Shown here: one piece after another, positions 29,544 to 32,000 of the stretch
Numbering within the stretch: the first letter of the stretch is position 1
Layout: the number at the start of each line of letters is the position of its first letter
DNA from: Paramicrosporidium saccamoebae KSL3
Lineage: Eukaryota; Fungi; Cryptomycota
Direction of reading: 5' to 3'
Length of the DNA: 32,000 nucleotides
NCBI GenBank assembly: GCA_002794465.1
Contig: MTSL01000117.1
Span: forward strand, 89,203-121,202
Translations under genes and position numbers: made by a program
The notes under the pieces: model-generated
The model's input: the letters and a program-made list of their open reading frames with translations, nothing else
Told to the model about the DNA's origin: nothing
Databases searched by the model: none

Positions 29544-31028
29544 TTACGCTCCAGGCATTGGGAATTGAGATGCAAAGGCCTCGACTTCAGCGCCTAGCAT
29601 TTGGATCTGCTTGTTGTCTTGGGCAGCAAGTACAAAGTCTTTTAACAACTTGCTACCGCAACTGTTTTGAATTTGCACAGTAATCTGAACTGCCTTGTGG
29701 AGCAATTCGGCGACTTTGACAAAGTGACTGGCGGTGAATCCTCGAGAAGTGAGCGCTGCCGTACCAATTCGAACGCCTCCAGGAGACATGGCGCTGACGT
29801 CGCCAGCGACAGAGTTTTTGTTAAGGGTAATGTGGGCCATTTCACAAATCTTCTCCACCTTGCTACCTGTAAGCTTCAATGAACGCAGATCCCAGAGGAC
29901 AATGTGATTGTCAGTGCCATCAGTTGCAATGTTATAGCCAAATTTGCACAATGCATCAGCCAGAACTACGGCATTCTTGCGTACAGCGCAGGCGTACTCG
30001 CGAAATTCAGGCTGCGCTGCCTGACGAAGGGCAACTGCTACTCCAGCAATAGTGTTGTTATGTGGACCGCCCTGCGTAGAGGGGAAGACGGCGAAATTCA
30101 TACGCTCTTCCAACGTTGTAGCTTCGCCCTTCAAGCCGACCTTTCGGAAAAAGATCAGACCAGCCCTCGGTCCACGGAGGGTCTTGTGGGTTGTTGTTGT
30201 GACAATGTCGCTCCATTGGAACGGATCAGCTGCTTCCTGAGCGGCAACAAGCCCGCTAATATGGGCCATGTCCATCATCATATACGCTCCATGTTCATCA
30301 GCAATCGCACGAAGCCGTTCATAATCCCATTCTCTTGGATATGCACTTGCTCCGCAGATTAGCACCTTGGGATGGAACAATCGAGCATTCTCTGCCAATT
30401 TGTTGTAATCAATTAGACCAGTCGCCGGATCAACCTGATATGGCATTGACTCGAAGAAGATGCTGGTAGAGGAGATTTTGCGCTTACTGGTCTGATACCC
30501 ATGGGTTAAGTGGCCGCCAGAGGGGAGATCAAGTCCCATAATGCGGTCATGCGGTCCAACCAACCCCGTCAATGCGGCAAAGTTGGCCGTACTCCCTACA
30601 GCTCAGAATAGGCCCTTCATGTACCTGAATAGGGCTGGACATTTACTCCCCACACGGCAGGATCAAGACGGAACGCCTCAAGGGCACGTCGTTGACAGAG
30701 ACGCTCAAGCTCGTCAATGTGTTCATTTCCTGCGTAGTAGCGCGCGCCAGGCAGTCCCTCAGAGTACTTGTTTGTCAAAATGGAGCCATTGGCCTCCATA
30801 ACAGCCACCGAGGTGTAATTCTGAAGCATAAGGGCTCTGGTGAGTTTGTACCTCGGAAGCAATCAGTTCAAGTCCGCGGAGTTGACGGCTCTTTTCCAGC
30901 TCAATAAGCGCATGCACCTCCGGGTCCGCCTCAACCAGTGGCTGGTATAGGACGTGGTTCTAAGGTTTCATGTTAGGACAACCAGTAAATGCTACCGTTA
31001 CAGTTTCATTGTTGTTAATAGTCATCAT
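29544..31028 (-). CDS. SHMT: Serine hydroxymethyltransferase, cytosolic type
   Basis: Introns 30995 (or 31001)-30960, 30851-30821 and 30624-30596. [48 protein letters not shown] (PLP Lys), FPSTQGGPH. No presequence. Confidence 0.96.
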
Positions 31029-31080
31029 GGCGCCCAAATTTACAATATTTCTACATTTCTTTGAGTGTCTTGGCGACGAG

Positions 31081-31091
31081 CCACCAATCAG
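31081..31091 (+). promoter_or_regulatory. CCAAT box upstream of SHMT
   Basis: CCACCAATCAG, directly abutting the RAD51-paralog stop codon. Confidence 0.4.
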
Positions 31092-31875
31092 TCAAGTGTG
31101 GTTCTTATGGAATGTAATGCCACCAAGATCAATCTCGAAATGCACTTCTTTCCGAGGAAAGCGCTCATAGTCTGATCTTGCTATCATCAGCGCCCGGTAA
31201 TGTTTTCTCGGCTCTAGCAGCAACTGTAGATCAACCATGACGGACCAATTCTCCCCTAGCGCAGGCACAAGTATCGTATTTCCGCCAAAAAAACGACTGG
31301 TTAGATGATTAGTAACTAACACAGTTGCGGTGCATAGTAGACAACGGACCTGTAATCCAAAAGTGCGAATGGTTCCGACACGCTCATCGATTGTCTCAGT
31401 CTTCAATGAGCGAAAGGGGATGCATACATTATCAATGACGACCAGCGGCATCTAATGCATTAGTAGATGTGTCAGGATTTACAACTTTACATTCAGTCTT
31501 TTCCACCAAACTGCTCACAGTATAAAGCATCTCCTCATAGGAAATCGACACTTTAACGAATATCCTCCTTAACACACCCGCATCGCTGCACAGCTGCTGC
31601 AGCCGAGGAACCGGAAACGAGCCTACCGTGTCTTTTATAAGTAATCGATACAGATTAGGTACCTATCCAGAACACGAATGCCTCTTGGTTCTCGGCCAAG
31701 TACCTTAGACATATCTGCAGGCTATAATTGAGAGAGTGTAAATATGTGTGAACCATAGCAAAGTCTTGCCGCCGCCAGGAAGGCCGCAAAGCTCTATACA
31801 CTGATTTTTGGGTAGTCCTCCAGCTAAGAATTCGTCCAGGACCCCAAATCCACTCCCAAACTTGGCTACATCCAT
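31092..31875 (-). CDS. RAD51 paralog (RAD51C/Rad55-like), ATPase core only
   Basis: Introns 31753-31722, 31662-31632 and 31482-31452 give LDEFLAGGLP...ELCGLPGGGKTLLCLQ (Walker A), WIDTVGSF, LVVIDN (Walker B), VLVTNH and LVPALGENW. Confidence 0.82.
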
Positions 31876-31948
31876 AAACTATGGAGATGCCAGAGTTGTA
31901 TGGCTATAAGTATAGATGATATTATTTTAACTCTCCACTCTAACATCG

Positions 31949-32000
31949 GCCCGGCTAGCTCAGTCGGTAGAGCGTGAGACTCTTAATCTCAATGTCGTGG
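31949..32000 (+). tRNA. trnK-CUU: tRNA-Lys(CUU), 3' part beyond the window
   Basis: GCCCGGCTAGCTCAGTCGGTAGAGCGTGAGACTCTTAATCTCA...; anticodon arm TGAGA-CTCTTAA-TCTCA. Confidence 0.92.

Noticed and set aside
21431-32000. Apparent cluster of RNA/translation-modification genes (TRM7, HemK, TAD1, tRNAs, SHMT)
   Set aside because: Interleaved with unrelated genes; the known substrates of Trm7 (Phe/Trp/Leu) and Tad1 (Ala) are not the tRNAs here. Consistent with chance in a housekeeping-rich reduced genome.
1-32000. CRISPR arrays, transposases or prophage
   Set aside because: The tandem repeats have no unique spacers, no transposase or reverse-transcriptase ORFs are present, and the DNA is eukaryotic.

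Overview
Eukaryotic, extremely gene-dense nuclear DNA. I can support 19 protein genes plus one speculative small gene, 2 tRNA genes (one cut by the window edge) and a probable C/D-box snoRNA. I reconstructed 19 spliceosomal GT-AG introns by hand from homology-restoring frame joins; all are 29-38 nt (8 are exactly 31 nt). Start codons of divergent genes lie as little as 18-24 bp apart, and tandem or convergent genes 3-8 bp apart. The genes are fungal/opisthokont-like housekeeping functions: RIC1, LTO1, PPM1, two tandem membrane-anchored metallophosphoesterases, Borealin-like, class IV aminotransferase, PGM2-type phosphomutase, CDK11, mitochondrial Pol gamma, acyl-CoA synthetase, RPN12, VMA21, TRM7, MTQ1/HemK, Heh/Src1 LEM protein, TAD1, TCP11/Sok1, SHMT and a RAD51 paralog. 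Compaction plus an intact Pol gamma suggests an early-diverging compact-genome fungus relative (Rozellomycota / short-branch microsporidian type); this is inference, not a database result. All homology calls are from remembered motifs, with no searches run. I found no convincing novel multi-gene system. The best leads are the ultra-short divergent spacers sharing a motif, the tiny-intron architecture, the non-canonical purple-acid-phosphatase-like pair, an orphan snoRNA, and repeats at gene 3' ends that carry poly(A)-like signals.
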